Of a stretch of DNA of 64,000 nucleotides, positions 48,676 to 59,542 are shown one piece after another. A model generated the notes under the pieces. The model ran no database searches and had not been told where the DNA came from. It saw only the letters and a program-made list of their open reading frames with translations. Location: positions 192,001-256,000 of the forward strand of contig CAVXLD010000001.1 of the NCBI GenBank assembly GCA_963762565.1. The letters are read 5' to 3'. The DNA comes from an uncultured Verrucomicrobiae bacterium (GTDB lineage: Bacteria; Verrucomicrobiota; Verrucomicrobiia; Chthoniobacterales; JAFAMB01). The first letter of the stretch is position 1, and every line of letters begins with the position of its first letter. Position numbers and translations under genes: made by a program.

Positions 48676-49182
48676 TTATTTGCGCTCAACCTTGACCTTG
48701 CGGCCGGTTTGATGGTCGAGATAGATCTCCTTGTTTCCCTTTTTCTCGATCAGTTCATACCGGCTTGGGGCCTGTTGAACTTCCTGCGTGGTAACCACCG
48801 CATCGTCGCCAGTTGATTCTACCACCGTGCCTGGCCGCTCAGTGACCACCGTGTTAGGCCGCTCGGTGGTGGTTGTCGTGGTAGTCTCCCGCACGCCGCC
48901 CGCTGGGGCTTGCAGAATGGAGCCAGTCGGTGACACGTAAATCACTTGCTGACCCGAGTCACCCATGTACGTCACGGCATACTCTCCTCCGGTGTCCTGG
49001 ACCACGCGTACTACTTTCGTCGGAGACGCAATTCTTGTTTCTCTAATCACCGACGATTGGACAACTTGGGGCAGGGTTGTGAATTGAAGCACCTCGTCAG
49101 CTTTCGCGATCCCAACGAGTGATACACCTACTCCGGCAACGGCGATAAGACGTGTTACGTTTGTCATTAATTGATCTTTCAT
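48676..49182 (-). CDS. secreted PepSY/BLIP-like protein
   Basis: signal peptide; QFTTLPQVV...KVVRVV...YAV...IYVSPTG; paralogue of the next gene. Confidence 0.6.
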   Translation of the reverse strand: MKDQLMTNVTRLIAVAGVGVSLVGIAKADEVLQFTTLPQVVQSSVIRETRIASPTKVVRVVQDTGGEYAVTYMGDSGQQVIYVSPTGSILQAPAGGVRETTTTTTTERPNTVVTERPGTVVESTGDDAVVTTQEVQQAPSRYELIEKKGNKEIYLDHQTGRKVKVERK

Positions 49183-49307
49183 TTTTGCAGTTGGCGTCTC
49201 GCGCCAATCTGGTGACGCGAGACTAGCCTTTACTCTTTCTATTTCGCAGACGGGACAGTTCTTGGATCTATCTCCAGGCCATCACTGCTGCTGGTTTTTA
49301 GATTCGA

Positions 49308-50225
49308 CTAAGAACCCGGCGAGGGTTTCGCTTTGCTCTTGGATTTGTCCTGAGACTGGGATTTCTCCTGAGACTGTTGTTGTTCGCCAGGAGTCCGGCT
49401 TGTTTGATGCTGCTCCTTGTCGCCCTGGTTCTCCTTCATGTTGCGCTGATCCGCATTCTTTTCATCGGTCCGCGGATTTCCTGAGGTGTCACGAGTTTTC
49501 TGCTCTTGACCATTGCCAACGCGCTCTTGGTTCCCTTGATCCTTTTGTTCTCCCCGACTCACATTATGCTGAGTCTTCTGCTCCTCCCTCATATTCTTGT
49601 TGGCTTCCTTGGCATTGCCTTCGTCGGTTTTTTCGCGCATAGCGCCCGACTGCTGATCTTTGTCTTCAGTACGAACGCTACCCTTGTTCTCTTGGTCCGT
49701 TCGGACATTGGTTTTATCCGTCTCGTTCGTTCGGATATTCGTTTTGTTTTCTTCCGTAGTCCGACCGCCGCCCCGCGAAACTTCACTAGCGCCACCTTTG
49801 ACGATCACTCTCTTGTTGGTCTGATGATCGATATAGATCGCGTCTGGTCCCTGGTCTTGCACGAACTCGTAACGTTCACCCCCGCTCCGGATCTCATCCA
49901 TTGTGATCGTCACTTCCGACGATCCCTGTCCGCCTTGTTCGATCACCGTGCTCGGCCGCTCGACGATGGTTCCATCCGCGTTGACGTAGACGATCTGGTC
50001 TCCGCTATCCGTCAAAACCGTGATTTCGTAGATATTGTCCGGCTCTTCCACAACGCGGACAACCTTCTCCGGGCTTACGATATTGTAATGATGAAAAACA
50101 GTTGTCCGAACTACCTGTGGCAAGGTGGTGAATTGGATCTCTTTTTTAACCTCTTTTGCTTCCGTGGCCGCACACAGACAGAGACCGAGTGCACAGGCCG
50201 CGATAATATACTTTGTTCTATTCAT
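49308..50225 (-). CDS. secreted PepSY/BLIP-like protein with charged low-complexity tail
   Basis: QFTTLPQVV...KVVRVV...YEI...VYVNADG; Q/E/K/N-rich C-terminus. Confidence 0.6.
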   Translation of the reverse strand: MNRTKYIIAACALGLCLCAATEAKEVKKEIQFTTLPQVVRTTVFHHYNIVSPEKVVRVVEEPDNIYEITVLTDSGDQIVYVNADGTIVERPSTVIEQGGQGSSEVTITMDEIRSGGERYEFVQDQGPDAIYIDHQTNKRVIVKGGASEVSRGGGRTTEENKTNIRTNETDKTNVRTDQENKGSVRTEDKDQQSGAMREKTDEGNAKEANKNMREEQKTQHNVSRGEQKDQGNQERVGNGQEQKTRDTSGNPRTDEKNADQRNMKENQGDKEQHQTSRTPGEQQQSQEKSQSQDKSKSKAKPSPGS

Positions 50226-50496
50226 TGGCTTTCTCTTTGATTTACTTCTCTCCCGCCGTACCGGACTCCGAGCCGGGACAGTGACTCCCCTGTAGTAGGT
50301 ATCGCGGTCCCGTCGCCGGGCGGATCTGTAAGATTGCTTTTACGAGAAGCGAAAAGATTCGCTGATCGAGGTAGAACGCGATGCGGATGCTTGTTTACTC
50401 GCGTGGCAACGACTAGACCGCCGGGTCAACTCGCTGCAATTTACTGACAAGAGAATTAACTACAGGATGCTTCCCGACTACCTCGAGAATCAATGC

Positions 50497-51600
50497 TCAT
50501 ACGCTTACCAGCGTTAGGTTCGGGTCCGCATCTAGCGCCAGGTCTGTCGTGGCATTTCCTCTGAAGCGATGAACAGCTACGTATCCGATCATAGCGGCAT
50601 TGTCAGTGGTTAGTGCCGGCTGCGCCAGGAGTAAGCGTCTCCCAGTCTTCTCCGCGGCTTCCTTCATCCTATGCCGAAGCCGGGAATTGCAACTGACACC
50701 ACCACTAACCGTTATTAAGTCGACTCCAAGCTCGGCTGCTGCCGCCATCGTTTTCCGCACGAGGATATCCACTACCGCCTCTTGAAACGATGCGGCGACA
50801 TCGGCTGCATAGTCGCCTTTCAGCTTCGGCAAAAGGTATCGGACAGCAGTCTTGATCCCGCTAAAGCTGAAGTTGAAATCGTGGCTACCTACCATCGGTC
50901 GAGGCAAATCGTATCGCCTCGAATCGCCTCTGGGCGCGAGCACGTCAATCTGGGGACCTCCTGGGTAAGGCAATCCCAACAACTTGGCGACCTTATCAAA
51001 CGCTTCTCCGGCCGCATCGTCTACGGTTCCCCCCAGCACTTGGTATCGACCAACGCCATCCACCAAAACCAACAAAGTGTGGCCTCCGCTTACGACTAAT
51101 CCGACAGACCGCTCGGGACCGGATTCAGTCGCAAAGAACGGCGACAGAAGATGCGCCTCGAGATGATTTACACCGACAAAAGGTCTGTTCAAACCGATCG
51201 CCAGCCCCTTTCCAAACGAGTATCCAACGAGTAACGACGTCAGCAATCCCGGCCCCCGAGTCGCGGCCACACAATCAATCTGCTGCACCTGCACATTGGC
51301 CGTGGTCAATGCTTGGTTAACCAAGGGAGCGACCTTAGACAGGTGATTACGGGATGCGACTTCCGGCACAACTCCACCGAACTCGCGATGAATCAACGTT
51401 TGACTGGAAATGCAAGAGCTTAGAAGTCTGGCGCCCGCAAGCACGGCAGCCGCGGTCTCATCGCAGGAGGTCTCTATGGAGAGCACGACGGGACCGGCCA
51501 CTCCGTCTTCACCAAGCGGCTCGACTGAGCTCGCTGAAGTCCTTCCGCCTTCCTCGATAGTTTCTGAACTATTGCGGACAAGATGGCGCGACGAGCTCAC
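50497..51600 (-). CDS. tsaD: tRNA N6-adenosine threonylcarbamoyltransferase
   Basis: IETSCDET, GGVVPEVASRNH, NHLEAH, VSGGHT, TDNAAMI; start uncertain. Confidence 0.96.
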   Translation of the reverse strand: MSSSRHLVRNSSETIEEGGRTSASSVEPLGEDGVAGPVVLSIETSCDETAAAVLAGARLLSSCISSQTLIHREFGGVVPEVASRNHLSKVAPLVNQALTTANVQVQQIDCVAATRGPGLLTSLLVGYSFGKGLAIGLNRPFVGVNHLEAHLLSPFFATESGPERSVGLVVSGGHTLLVLVDGVGRYQVLGGTVDDAAGEAFDKVAKLLGLPYPGGPQIDVLAPRGDSRRYDLPRPMVGSHDFNFSFSGIKTAVRYLLPKLKGDYAADVAASFQEAVVDILVRKTMAAAAELGVDLITVSGGVSCNSRLRHRMKEAAEKTGRRLLLAQPALTTDNAAMIGYVAVHRFRGNATTDLALDADPNLTLVSV

Positions 51601-52892
51601 TTCTCTGACGGTTGGGGCTGAGCGCCGCCCTGCGTGTAGATCATGACGCTCTTCACCGCGTCGACTGCACGATCCAGTTGTGAGTCCCGTTGGCTGTTGA
51701 CAAATTTTTGATCTTCCGGTGACACAGGGCCGTCTCTCCGTCGCAGAAGAAGCGCCCTCTCCTGATCCAAGGTTAACGATGCTTTGATGTTGGGCGTTAC
51801 CCCATTTTGATGAATCACCTGGCGGCTAGGCGTATAATACCTAGCGGTGGTTAGACGGAGCGCGGAACCATCCGGCAATTGAATAACGCTTTGTACCGAT
51901 CCTTTCCCGAATGTGGTTTCTCCGACGAGAATAGCTCGATTGAGATCCTTTAATGCGCCGGCCACAATCTCAGCTCCACTTGCGCTCTGTCCATTCACCA
52001 GCACCGCCATTGGCATAGTCAGTCTAGGCTTCGCTTTTTGGTCAGTATAGTATTCGTGGCGTTGCGAGGCCTCGCGCCCCTGGGTATAAACCACCATGGT
52101 TTTGGGCGCCACGAATTGCCCGCAAACATCAACGGCACTGGTTAACAACCCGCCTGGATTAAAACGCAGATCCAAAATCAATGCCTGCATCCCTTGCCGC
52201 TGTAGATCATCCAGTTTCTGACTCAACTCTTGTGCCGTCGGCTCGTTGAATTGGGTGATTCTCAAATAACCGATCTTGAATTTGGTGCCCTCTGATTGAT
52301 CCAGGATCTTGGCATCCTTAACGCTCGTCACCTTGATGATCTCGCGTTGTAGGGTGAACTCTTTTGTTTCCTTAGTAGATGGCCGATAAATTGTAAGGGT
52401 TACTTTTTGTCCGGGGTCGCCTTTGAGCTGATTCAAAGCGTCCTGCAAGCTCATTCGGTCCGTAACACTTCCGTTGATACGAAGGATCTCGTCTCCAGGC
52501 ATGATACCGGCGCGCATGCTTGGGGTATCCTCCATCGGAGTAACCACCGTGATGACCCCGTCCTTAGTGGAAACCACGATACCCAAGCCGCCAAACTCGC
52601 TCTTGGTGTCATCCTCCATGTCCCTGTAATCGGCCGGTTCCATGAACTGGCTGTGGGGATCCAGGCTATTGAGCATGCCGTGCAACGCCGAGTAGGTCAG
52701 GCCACGGTAAGACGTCTTACTCTCGTCCACGTAATCCTGCCGCACCAATTGCAGGGCTCGGGTAAAGACCGTGAGATTAAAGTAGTCCGTGTTAGAATCG
52801 GCGGCTGCATTCCCGGTAAGGACCTTGAAGCCCACAGCCAGGTTGAACCCCACGAGCAGCGCGACCAATACCACGACCAATTTGCGCTTCAT
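51597..52892 (-). CDS. ctpA: S41 carboxy-terminal processing protease
   Basis: LDPHS, PDZ GGLGI, DLRFNPGG, SASGAE, TFGKGSVQ. Confidence 0.94.
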   Translation of the reverse strand: MKRKLVVVLVALLVGFNLAVGFKVLTGNAAADSNTDYFNLTVFTRALQLVRQDYVDESKTSYRGLTYSALHGMLNSLDPHSQFMEPADYRDMEDDTKSEFGGLGIVVSTKDGVITVVTPMEDTPSMRAGIMPGDEILRINGSVTDRMSLQDALNQLKGDPGQKVTLTIYRPSTKETKEFTLQREIIKVTSVKDAKILDQSEGTKFKIGYLRITQFNEPTAQELSQKLDDLQRQGMQALILDLRFNPGGLLTSAVDVCGQFVAPKTMVVYTQGREASQRHEYYTDQKAKPRLTMPMAVLVNGQSASGAEIVAGALKDLNRAILVGETTFGKGSVQSVIQLPDGSALRLTTARYYTPSRQVIHQNGVTPNIKASLTLDQERALLLRRRDGPVSPEDQKFVNSQRDSQLDRAVDAVKSVMIYTQGGAQPQPSEK

Positions 52893-52932
52893 GTAAGAGC
52901 GGAACGTAACACAGCATTACAAATAACCAAGC

Positions 52933-53180
52933 TGGTGGGGCGAGGCTCCGGAATAACCTGAAATGGCAAACGGAGAACTCGATTTAGTCTAAACCGAGAT
53001 CGCGCTTCGCCAATGGGCGCGCCGAGCCGATCCCAGCGTGTGGCAGCCGACGATCGGTCAGGGGGGGTGGAACATGCTGGGACCGGCTCGGCGCGTTTAG
53101 CGGCATCGCCCACGATAGATTGGCAAACATTGACGTCCTCCGCTCGAGCAAAGCGGCCGTTCGGGAGCCTCGCCCCACCA
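52933..53180. repeat. family A split-REP element
   Basis: TGGTGGGGCGAGGCTCC ... GGAGCCTCGCCCCACCA; inner motifs at 53021 and 53084. Confidence 0.9.
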
Positions 53181-53187
53181 ACGCCTC

Positions 53188-53613
53188 TCAGAACCGCTTC
53201 CGGTGCCGGACCAGCCTATTGCCCTTTTCGTTGACCAGCACTAGTTCGTCTTCGGTGAGACTTTCAATACGCTCTTCAACCTGATACTGCTGCACGGAAC
53301 CGGAATCGCTCCGATAAACCTCGCCCGAGGCGACCAGTTTCCCATCCTTGACATCCCACATCCCGGAAAAGCTCCAACGCGTCGTGCCTCCATCAGCGTG
53401 CATGATCTCATCCGCGGAATGCATCCCATCCCGATGGAAGCTGTTCTCGCCGTAGAATCGGTAGTTCCCCCCGGCTTCGTCAGTGACCCAAGTCCCAACC
53501 AACTTTTGGGTTAGTTCTTGATCGGTCGGAGCGGACTTGTGGCAGGCAACACCGCCGGCGACGAGCAGGCTGCTCGCCAAGACACCTCCTAGAATACGCC
53601 GTCGCCATCTCAT
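53188..53613 (-). CDS. lipoprotein, lipocalin-like beta-barrel
   Basis: lipobox GVAC; LVGTW, GMW, IESLTEDELVL. Confidence 0.65.
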   Translation of the reverse strand: MRWRRRILGGVLASSLLVAGGVACHKSAPTDQELTQKLVGTWVTDEAGGNYRFYGENSFHRDGMHSADEIMHADGGTTRWSFSGMWDVKDGKLVASGEVYRSDSGSVQQYQVEERIESLTEDELVLVNEKGNRLVRHRKRF

Positions 53614-53619
53614 TCCATT

Positions 53620-53713
53620 TAATTTCACCACAGAGAGACAGAGGACACAAAAGCCAAAATTCGGTTTCCCTTAGGATGACCTTTGTGTCCCCTGTCTCTC
53701 TGTGGTGAAATTA
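53620..53713. repeat. inverted repeat of CACAGAG-type units containing the clpX stop
   Basis: taatttcaccacagagagacagaggacacaaa faces tttgtgtcccctgtctctctgtggtgaaatta. Confidence 0.88.
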
Positions 53714-54979
53714 AGCGGCGTCCTTGTCCTGCTTCCTGCGAATTAGAGGAGCTCGTTTGCCCTCAACCACGGCCCGATTGATCACCACGTCAGCGATGTC
53801 TTCCCGGCTCGGAACGTCGTACATAACGTCGAGCATGATTTTTTCGAACATGGAACGAAGCGCACGCGCCCCAGTTCCTTTGGTGGCCGCCTGTTGGGCC
53901 AACGCCCGGAGAGCGTCCTTAGTAACCACCAAGTTCACTCCCTCCATCGCCAATAGTTTGGTGTACTGCTTCACCATCGCGTTCCGCGTGTCGGTCAATA
54001 TCAGGATTAACTCTTCCTCGGTTAAGGTATCCAGCGCCGTCACAATCGGTAACCGGCCGATGAACTCCGGTATCATCCCGAAGGAGAGCAGATCTTCGGG
54101 TTCGGTATGCCGCAAGGTATCACGCAACTGGAGGTCTGAGGAACTGATTTGAGGCGAATGAAAACCGAGTACTCGGTTCCCTAACCGTCGATTAATCAGC
54201 CGGTCTAACCCCACAAAGGCTCCGCCGCAGATAAACAAAATCTTTTCCGTGTTAACCTGGATATACTCCTGGTGAGGATGCTTTCGTCCACCTTGAGGCG
54301 GGACATTGCAGCTGCTTCCTTCCAAAATCTTCAGAAGCGCCTGCTGGACGCCCTCACCGGAAACATCGCGGGTAATACTGACGTTATCGGTTTTACGGCC
54401 GATCTTATCTATTTCATCGATATAAACGATTCCAATCTCGGCTCGTTTAACGTCGTAGTCAGCATTCTGCAGGAGCCGCAAGATGATATTCTCGACGTCT
54501 TCCCCAACGTAACCGGCCTCGGTCAACGTCGTAGCATCAGCGATACAAAACGGCACATCCAGAATTCGGGCTAGTGTCCTGGCCAGGAGCGTCTTTCCGC
54601 ACCCAGTTGGCCCGATCATCAAAATATTGCTCTTTTCAATCTCGACGTCAGCGTATGGATCGAGGGATAGATCCTTGGTCGGGTTGGCGTTCAGAATCCG
54701 CTTGTAATGGTTGTGGACGGCCACGGAAAGGACCTTCTTGGCCGAATCCTGCCCAATCACATGCTGATCGAGTTCGCGCCTGATCTCGACTGGCTTCGGC
54801 ACACGCAGCGTTGTGGTCTGCCGTCGGGCGTCCTCGTTTAGCTCTTTATCGAGGATGCCTTTACAAACGTTGATACAATTATCGCAGATGTAGACACCCG
54901 GCCCGGCGATCAATTTGCGAACCTCTGCGTGGCTCTTTCCGCAGAAAGAACACATCGTCAGATTAGAGGCCCGGGCCAT
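53711..54979 (-). CDS. clpX: ATP-dependent Clp protease ATP-binding subunit
   Basis: CSFCGK zinc finger, [21 protein letters not shown] loop. Confidence 0.98.
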   Translation of the reverse strand: MARASNLTMCSFCGKSHAEVRKLIAGPGVYICDNCINVCKGILDKELNEDARRQTTTLRVPKPVEIRRELDQHVIGQDSAKKVLSVAVHNHYKRILNANPTKDLSLDPYADVEIEKSNILMIGPTGCGKTLLARTLARILDVPFCIADATTLTEAGYVGEDVENIILRLLQNADYDVKRAEIGIVYIDEIDKIGRKTDNVSITRDVSGEGVQQALLKILEGSSCNVPPQGGRKHPHQEYIQVNTEKILFICGGAFVGLDRLINRRLGNRVLGFHSPQISSSDLQLRDTLRHTEPEDLLSFGMIPEFIGRLPIVTALDTLTEEELILILTDTRNAMVKQYTKLLAMEGVNLVVTKDALRALAQQAATKGTGARALRSMFEKIMLDVMYDVPSREDIADVVINRAVVEGKRAPLIRRKQDKDAA

Positions 54980-55019
54980 ACGACTTACTAAACCGCTCTA
55001 CAAGATACCAAGAAACCTT

Positions 55020-55685
55020 TCACGAAGCCAGTACCCTATCACCATTTTGAGGGAGCGCCTCTGCCTTTACATCCTTACGCGACTTCACCACTTCGTCGAC
55101 CACGCCATAGATCCGCGCTTCTTCCGCCGACATCCAGTAGTCACGGTCGGAATCGATCCCGATCTGTTCCTCCGTTTTGCCGGTGTGCTGCGCAAGGATA
55201 TGGATCAGCCGTTTCTTGATCTTGAACATCCATTCCACGGTGCGTTCGACGTCACTTGCGGTACCCTGAGCGCCGCCGGAAACCTGGTGGATCATAATAT
55301 CCGAATTTGGCAACGCGTACCGCTTTCCGCGGGTCCCAGCAGCCAGCAACACTGCTCCCATACTCGCCGCTATGCCCACACAATAGGTCGCTACCTCGCA
55401 AGTGACGAACTGCATGGTATCATAAATCGCCATCCCCGCCGTGACCGAACCGCCGGGCGAATTGATGTACAGATTGATGTCCTTCTTCGGATCCGTCATC
55501 TGCAGAAAAAGCATTTGCGCCACGACCAAGTTGGCCACGTGATCATCGATCGCCGTCCCGATGAATACGATCCGATCGTTCAGCAGCCGGCTATAAATAT
55601 CGAGGCTTCGCTCTCCTCTTCCCGTCTGCTCGATCACCATCGGAACCAGGTATGAGCTTGGCTTTGAATAGTTTGATTTCGACAT
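55020..55685 (-). CDS. clpP: ATP-dependent Clp protease proteolytic subunit
   Basis: [23 protein letters not shown]. Confidence 0.98.
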   Translation of the reverse strand: MSKSNYSKPSSYLVPMVIEQTGRGERSLDIYSRLLNDRIVFIGTAIDDHVANLVVAQMLFLQMTDPKKDINLYINSPGGSVTAGMAIYDTMQFVTCEVATYCVGIAASMGAVLLAAGTRGKRYALPNSDIMIHQVSGGAQGTASDVERTVEWMFKIKKRLIHILAQHTGKTEEQIGIDSDRDYWMSAEEARIYGVVDEVVKSRKDVKAEALPQNGDRVLAS

Positions 55686-55702
55686 GAATAAATCGGCCCG
55701 GA

Positions 55703-57031
55703 TTATCGGTTTAGTTGAGGCTCCGAACTCGTTTCGACGTTAGCATTCGAGGTTAGGAAATCAAGGACCTTGCCGACCTGGATCTCGTCGATCAGCTGGG
55801 GAATTGCTCCTCTTTTATCCAACTCCGACATGGCTTTCTCGTAAGACATCCCATGTTGCGCCGCCAGCGATTCCACCCGGCGCTTCAATTCCGGCCCGCT
55901 CACCTCGATTTTCTCGGCTTCACCAATCCGGGTGAGGATAAAGCTGGCCTTCAGCCGGTCTTTTGCACTGCGAGACGCCACGTTCATGATCTCCTTCCCG
56001 CTCTCTCTCAAGGCATCTTCGCTGACGCCTCTCAATTGGTTTTGCTCCACAATCTCGGACATGATTCGCCGGGTCTCATCTTTGACGTAGCTCTGGGGTA
56101 GCTCGCATTCGACCCGTTGAGTCAGAAAATCCACAATCTGGTTGCGCTTGGCTCTCTCAATTTCTTCTGTCTTTTGCTCGGTAAGCCTGTCCCGGAGTTG
56201 AGCACGCAGCTGGTCTAAAGCCAGCCCAGGGGCAACCTGCGCAGCAAACTCGTCATTCAATTCCGGCAACTCCATCCGCTTCAACGCCTTCAATTCCACC
56301 TGGAAGTGGATCACGCGGCCCTGCAGGGGCTTGACCGGAAAATCATCCGGCGGACTGAGATCAAATTCGCGCCGTTCTCCGATTTGCATCCCCAGAACCG
56401 CGGCGCCAAAACCAGGTAATAAGCTGTCTTCCTGGAGTTTAATCCAGAAATCTTTCCCGTTGGCCAGCCGTTTAGGAGCATCCGGAATCGCTTCCAAGAG
56501 CGGTTGGCCATCGACCGTAGTTTCGAAATCGATTACCCCAAAACCGCCCATTTCCAATGCACCATCGGATTGCTCGGTAAACGTAGCGTGCCGCTCCCGG
56601 AGCCGCTCTAGAGCGGTTTCAACTTCCGGATCTGACACTTGGAGCGGTGGTACCTTCACCGGAATCCCTTTGTATGCAGGAAGCTCAAACTCTGGCGAGG
56701 TAACTACGGTCGCCGTGAAACGCATGCTGCGTTCCGGGGTAAATTCAACATCTTCAACGTTCGATACGGATAAAACTCGTAGGCCTTTTTCCCGAATCGC
56801 TTCTTTGGTCGATTCGTTGACCAGTTTTCGCGTTAACTCTTCTTGGATTTCTTTGCGAAACTTTGATTCAACCACGTGCTGAGGCGCTTTCCCGGGGCGG
56901 AAGCCGCGTATCCGAGCGACCTGTTGGAACCCTTTTACCACGTCGTTCCATTCTTTGGTTACGCGTTCTGGGGGCAATTCGACCCTCAATGACGCCAAAC
57001 AATTCGGTAAATTCTCAACTTCTACGTTCAT
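55703..57031 (-). CDS. tig: trigger factor
   Basis: GFRPGKAP signature; tig-clpP-clpX order. Confidence 0.96.
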   Translation of the reverse strand: MNVEVENLPNCLASLRVELPPERVTKEWNDVVKGFQQVARIRGFRPGKAPQHVVESKFRKEIQEELTRKLVNESTKEAIREKGLRVLSVSNVEDVEFTPERSMRFTATVVTSPEFELPAYKGIPVKVPPLQVSDPEVETALERLRERHATFTEQSDGALEMGGFGVIDFETTVDGQPLLEAIPDAPKRLANGKDFWIKLQEDSLLPGFGAAVLGMQIGERREFDLSPPDDFPVKPLQGRVIHFQVELKALKRMELPELNDEFAAQVAPGLALDQLRAQLRDRLTEQKTEEIERAKRNQIVDFLTQRVECELPQSYVKDETRRIMSEIVEQNQLRGVSEDALRESGKEIMNVASRSAKDRLKASFILTRIGEAEKIEVSGPELKRRVESLAAQHGMSYEKAMSELDKRGAIPQLIDEIQVGKVLDFLTSNANVETSSEPQLNR

Positions 57032-57073
57032 GGAAACTTAGCGAACGCCAAGCCTAGACCTGATCCCGTATCG

Positions 57074-57274
57074 GGGCAAGAGGGCGAATAGGCGAAACGG
57101 CGAGTGGGTCAATGGGCGAAAAGGCGACAACGCGTCAGAATCATCTCTGAACGCTATGGCAGAAAACTCGACGGTCTCGCGACACGAGTTGCTGTTTCAG
57201 ACAAACGCAGCGGTTTTGAGCCGTTCCGCGGGCACCCTCGCCGTATCGCCCTTTTCGCCCACTCGCCGTTTCGC
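57074..57274. repeat. inverted arms of GGCGAAAN-type 8-mers
   Basis: gggcgaataggcgaaacggcgagtggg... faces tcgccgtatcgcccttttcgcccactcgccgtttcgc. Confidence 0.82.
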
Positions 57275-57292
57275 TCCCGCGTCCGGAAACGT

Positions 57293-58564
57293 TCACAATC
57301 CACTTTCCGCAACCCAGCGGTGCATCTCACCCTCTGCGACTGGACCAACCACTGCCAGACCCATACGGGTGGGATCAAAACAAAGACGCGCAACCGATTG
57401 GATCGCTTCCGGAGTGACTTCTTTGACTTTCGCCTGGACCTCTTCCGGATGAATCACGTGCTCGTAAGCGATGATCGATTCCCCCATCCACATGATCTGA
57501 TTAGTGGTGCTCTCCAAGCTAAGTTCGTTTTGGCCGATCGTGTATTCCTGCGCCTGGTGAAGCTCTTTCTCGGTCGGCGGCTCCTCACAGACTCTCTCCA
57601 ATTCGTGCCGGATCGCTCGCAAGGCGCTCTTTAATTTGCCCGGTTCCAATCCGACGCAAATGCTCATCAATCCTGAATCTTCGAGCACCAACGTTCCACT
57701 ATGGACAGAGTAACAGTAAGCGTAACGCTCCCTGAGCTGTTGGAACAGGCGGGAACTCATATTTTCGCCCAGGATGACGCTGAGGATCTTCAGAGCGTGG
57801 CGCCGGTCATCGTTGCGATCGATGGCATGATAACCCAACGCTAAATGGGTCTGTTCTGTTCCTTCCTTGGCTACCGCCATCCGGTCCTTAACTTTGGTTC
57901 CTTTCCAGCGATCAAATTCGGGCGGAGTCCCAGCTGGCAGGTCCGCCATCGTTGATTCGAATTTGCTGACGACCTCGTTATGGCGGCAACATCCCCCAAC
58001 CGTGATGACCGTGGTACAGCCGTTATAATTCCGCTCCATATATTGAACCAGATCGGGCCGCCGGATGCGGCCGATTGATTCCAGCGAACCGGTCAACGGC
58101 CGGCCCAGAGCGTGACGCGGCCACATCACTCCGCTTAACAACTCTTGCGAGAGCTGGGAGGGTTGATCCCGATACATCAAAATCTCTTCGCGAATAACGT
58201 CGCGTTCTCGCTCGATCTCGACGTCCGCCAGCAACGAGTTGCGAAACATGTCGGTCAGCACATCCGCCAGGATATTGAAGTAATGAGCTGCCGCTTTTGC
58301 ATAAAAGCAGGTGTGATCTTCGGTCGTGAAGGCGTTGATAAATCCGCCCACTCCTTCTACCTCCTCAGTCAACCGTTGAGCATTCCTCGTTTTGGTCCCC
58401 TTAAATAGAAGATGCTCAAGAAAGTGGGAGATGCCGCAGTGTTCCTCAGGCTCGTGACGACCGCCCACTGCAACCCAGATACCTACGCTGACGCTCTTCA
58501 TGTGAGGCATCTCGCAGGTCGCTACCCTAATTCCATTCCTGAGCTTTGTTGTCTGATATATCAT
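57293..58564 (-). CDS. M16 (pitrilysin) family zinc peptidase
   Basis: HFLEH (HxxEH), NAFT, MSSRLFQQLRE. Confidence 0.94.
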   Translation of the reverse strand: MIYQTTKLRNGIRVATCEMPHMKSVSVGIWVAVGGRHEPEEHCGISHFLEHLLFKGTKTRNAQRLTEEVEGVGGFINAFTTEDHTCFYAKAAAHYFNILADVLTDMFRNSLLADVEIERERDVIREEILMYRDQPSQLSQELLSGVMWPRHALGRPLTGSLESIGRIRRPDLVQYMERNYNGCTTVITVGGCCRHNEVVSKFESTMADLPAGTPPEFDRWKGTKVKDRMAVAKEGTEQTHLALGYHAIDRNDDRRHALKILSVILGENMSSRLFQQLRERYAYCYSVHSGTLVLEDSGLMSICVGLEPGKLKSALRAIRHELERVCEEPPTEKELHQAQEYTIGQNELSLESTTNQIMWMGESIIAYEHVIHPEEVQAKVKEVTPEAIQSVARLCFDPTRMGLAVVGPVAEGEMHRWVAESGL

Positions 58565-58607
58565 TGCTTAGATCTTCAGATAGTCAGACGTAAAAATCTG
58601 CGGCGCA

Positions 58608-59306
58608 TCATGTTCCAGTCGCTACTTTGTCTGTCTCCAGCTTGAATAAGCTGCGAGCTAATTCCAAATCACTCGGATAGGTCACCTTTAAATTCCAATC
58701 TCCGCTCTGCATCAGGCGCACCGGAAATCCGGCCATTTCTGCCGCCGACGTCTCGTCCGTAACCGTCATCCCGCGAGCAAGCACCAACTCGTACGCGGCA
58801 AATAACCAATCCCGTCTGAAGATTTGTGGCGTTTGCATCGTCCACAGACCCGAGCGGTCAATACTACCGACTACCAAACCATCACTATCAACTTTTTTCA
58901 ACGTCTCGACGACAGGAGCCGCCAATGCAACAGCTCCACATTTAGTTGCGAGCAGCATCGCGTTCGAGATTGTCGAACTCGAAACCAAGGGCCTGGCGCC
59001 ATCGTGCACAGCGACAAGTTCAACATCCTCGCTCAGCGCCCCTAAACCTTGCCAGACCGATAAATGCCGGTTCGCACCGCCGGTCACAACAGCCGCTACT
59101 TTCTTCAGCGCATATTCCCCGACCAGGTTGCCAAACTGCTTGATGCGTTCTTCGTTCGCAACCAAGACGATCTCATCCACTTCCGGGCAGTTTTCAAAGC
59201 GCTCCAGGGTCCTGATAAATAAAGGTCTACCATCCAAGTCCGCAGTAAGCTTGTCGAACCCCATTCGTTGACTATTGCCCGCGGCCACTACAATCGCTGC
59301 TCTCAT
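58608..59306 (-). CDS. ispD: 2-C-methyl-D-erythritol 4-phosphate cytidylyltransferase
   Basis: AAGNSQRMG, VHDGARP, QTPQ, NLKVTYP. Confidence 0.95.
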   Translation of the reverse strand: MRAAIVVAAGNSQRMGFDKLTADLDGRPLFIRTLERFENCPEVDEIVLVANEERIKQFGNLVGEYALKKVAAVVTGGANRHLSVWQGLGALSEDVELVAVHDGARPLVSSSTISNAMLLATKCGAVALAAPVVETLKKVDSDGLVVGSIDRSGLWTMQTPQIFRRDWLFAAYELVLARGMTVTDETSAAEMAGFPVRLMQSGDWNLKVTYPSDLELARSLFKLETDKVATGT

Positions 59307-59542
59307 TAAAAAAGGCCAGAGTCGCATTTAACCGAGGCCAATCGGCTATAGAAGCCGATCCGCTACGAAATAACAAGTGAAAAGGCGGGGCGAGTTTGCG
59401 GTTCAATATCAGCGGCTCCGATCACGGCGCAGAGAAAGTCATGGCTTAGCGGTATCCCACTGAATGGAACCTATGGGACTCATGAGCGGCGCCTCAGCGC
59501 AAGCCCGAAACCGCCAACGGCTAACGGCAAACCGTGAACCCG

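Noticed and set aside
49506..50240. 244-aa hydrophobic plus-strand ORF
   Set aside because: Antisense shadow of the charged low-complexity gene 49308-50225.
54915..55655. 246-aa plus-strand ORF
   Set aside because: Antisense to clpP with no protein motifs. The same applies to 52407-52961 and 56331-56882.
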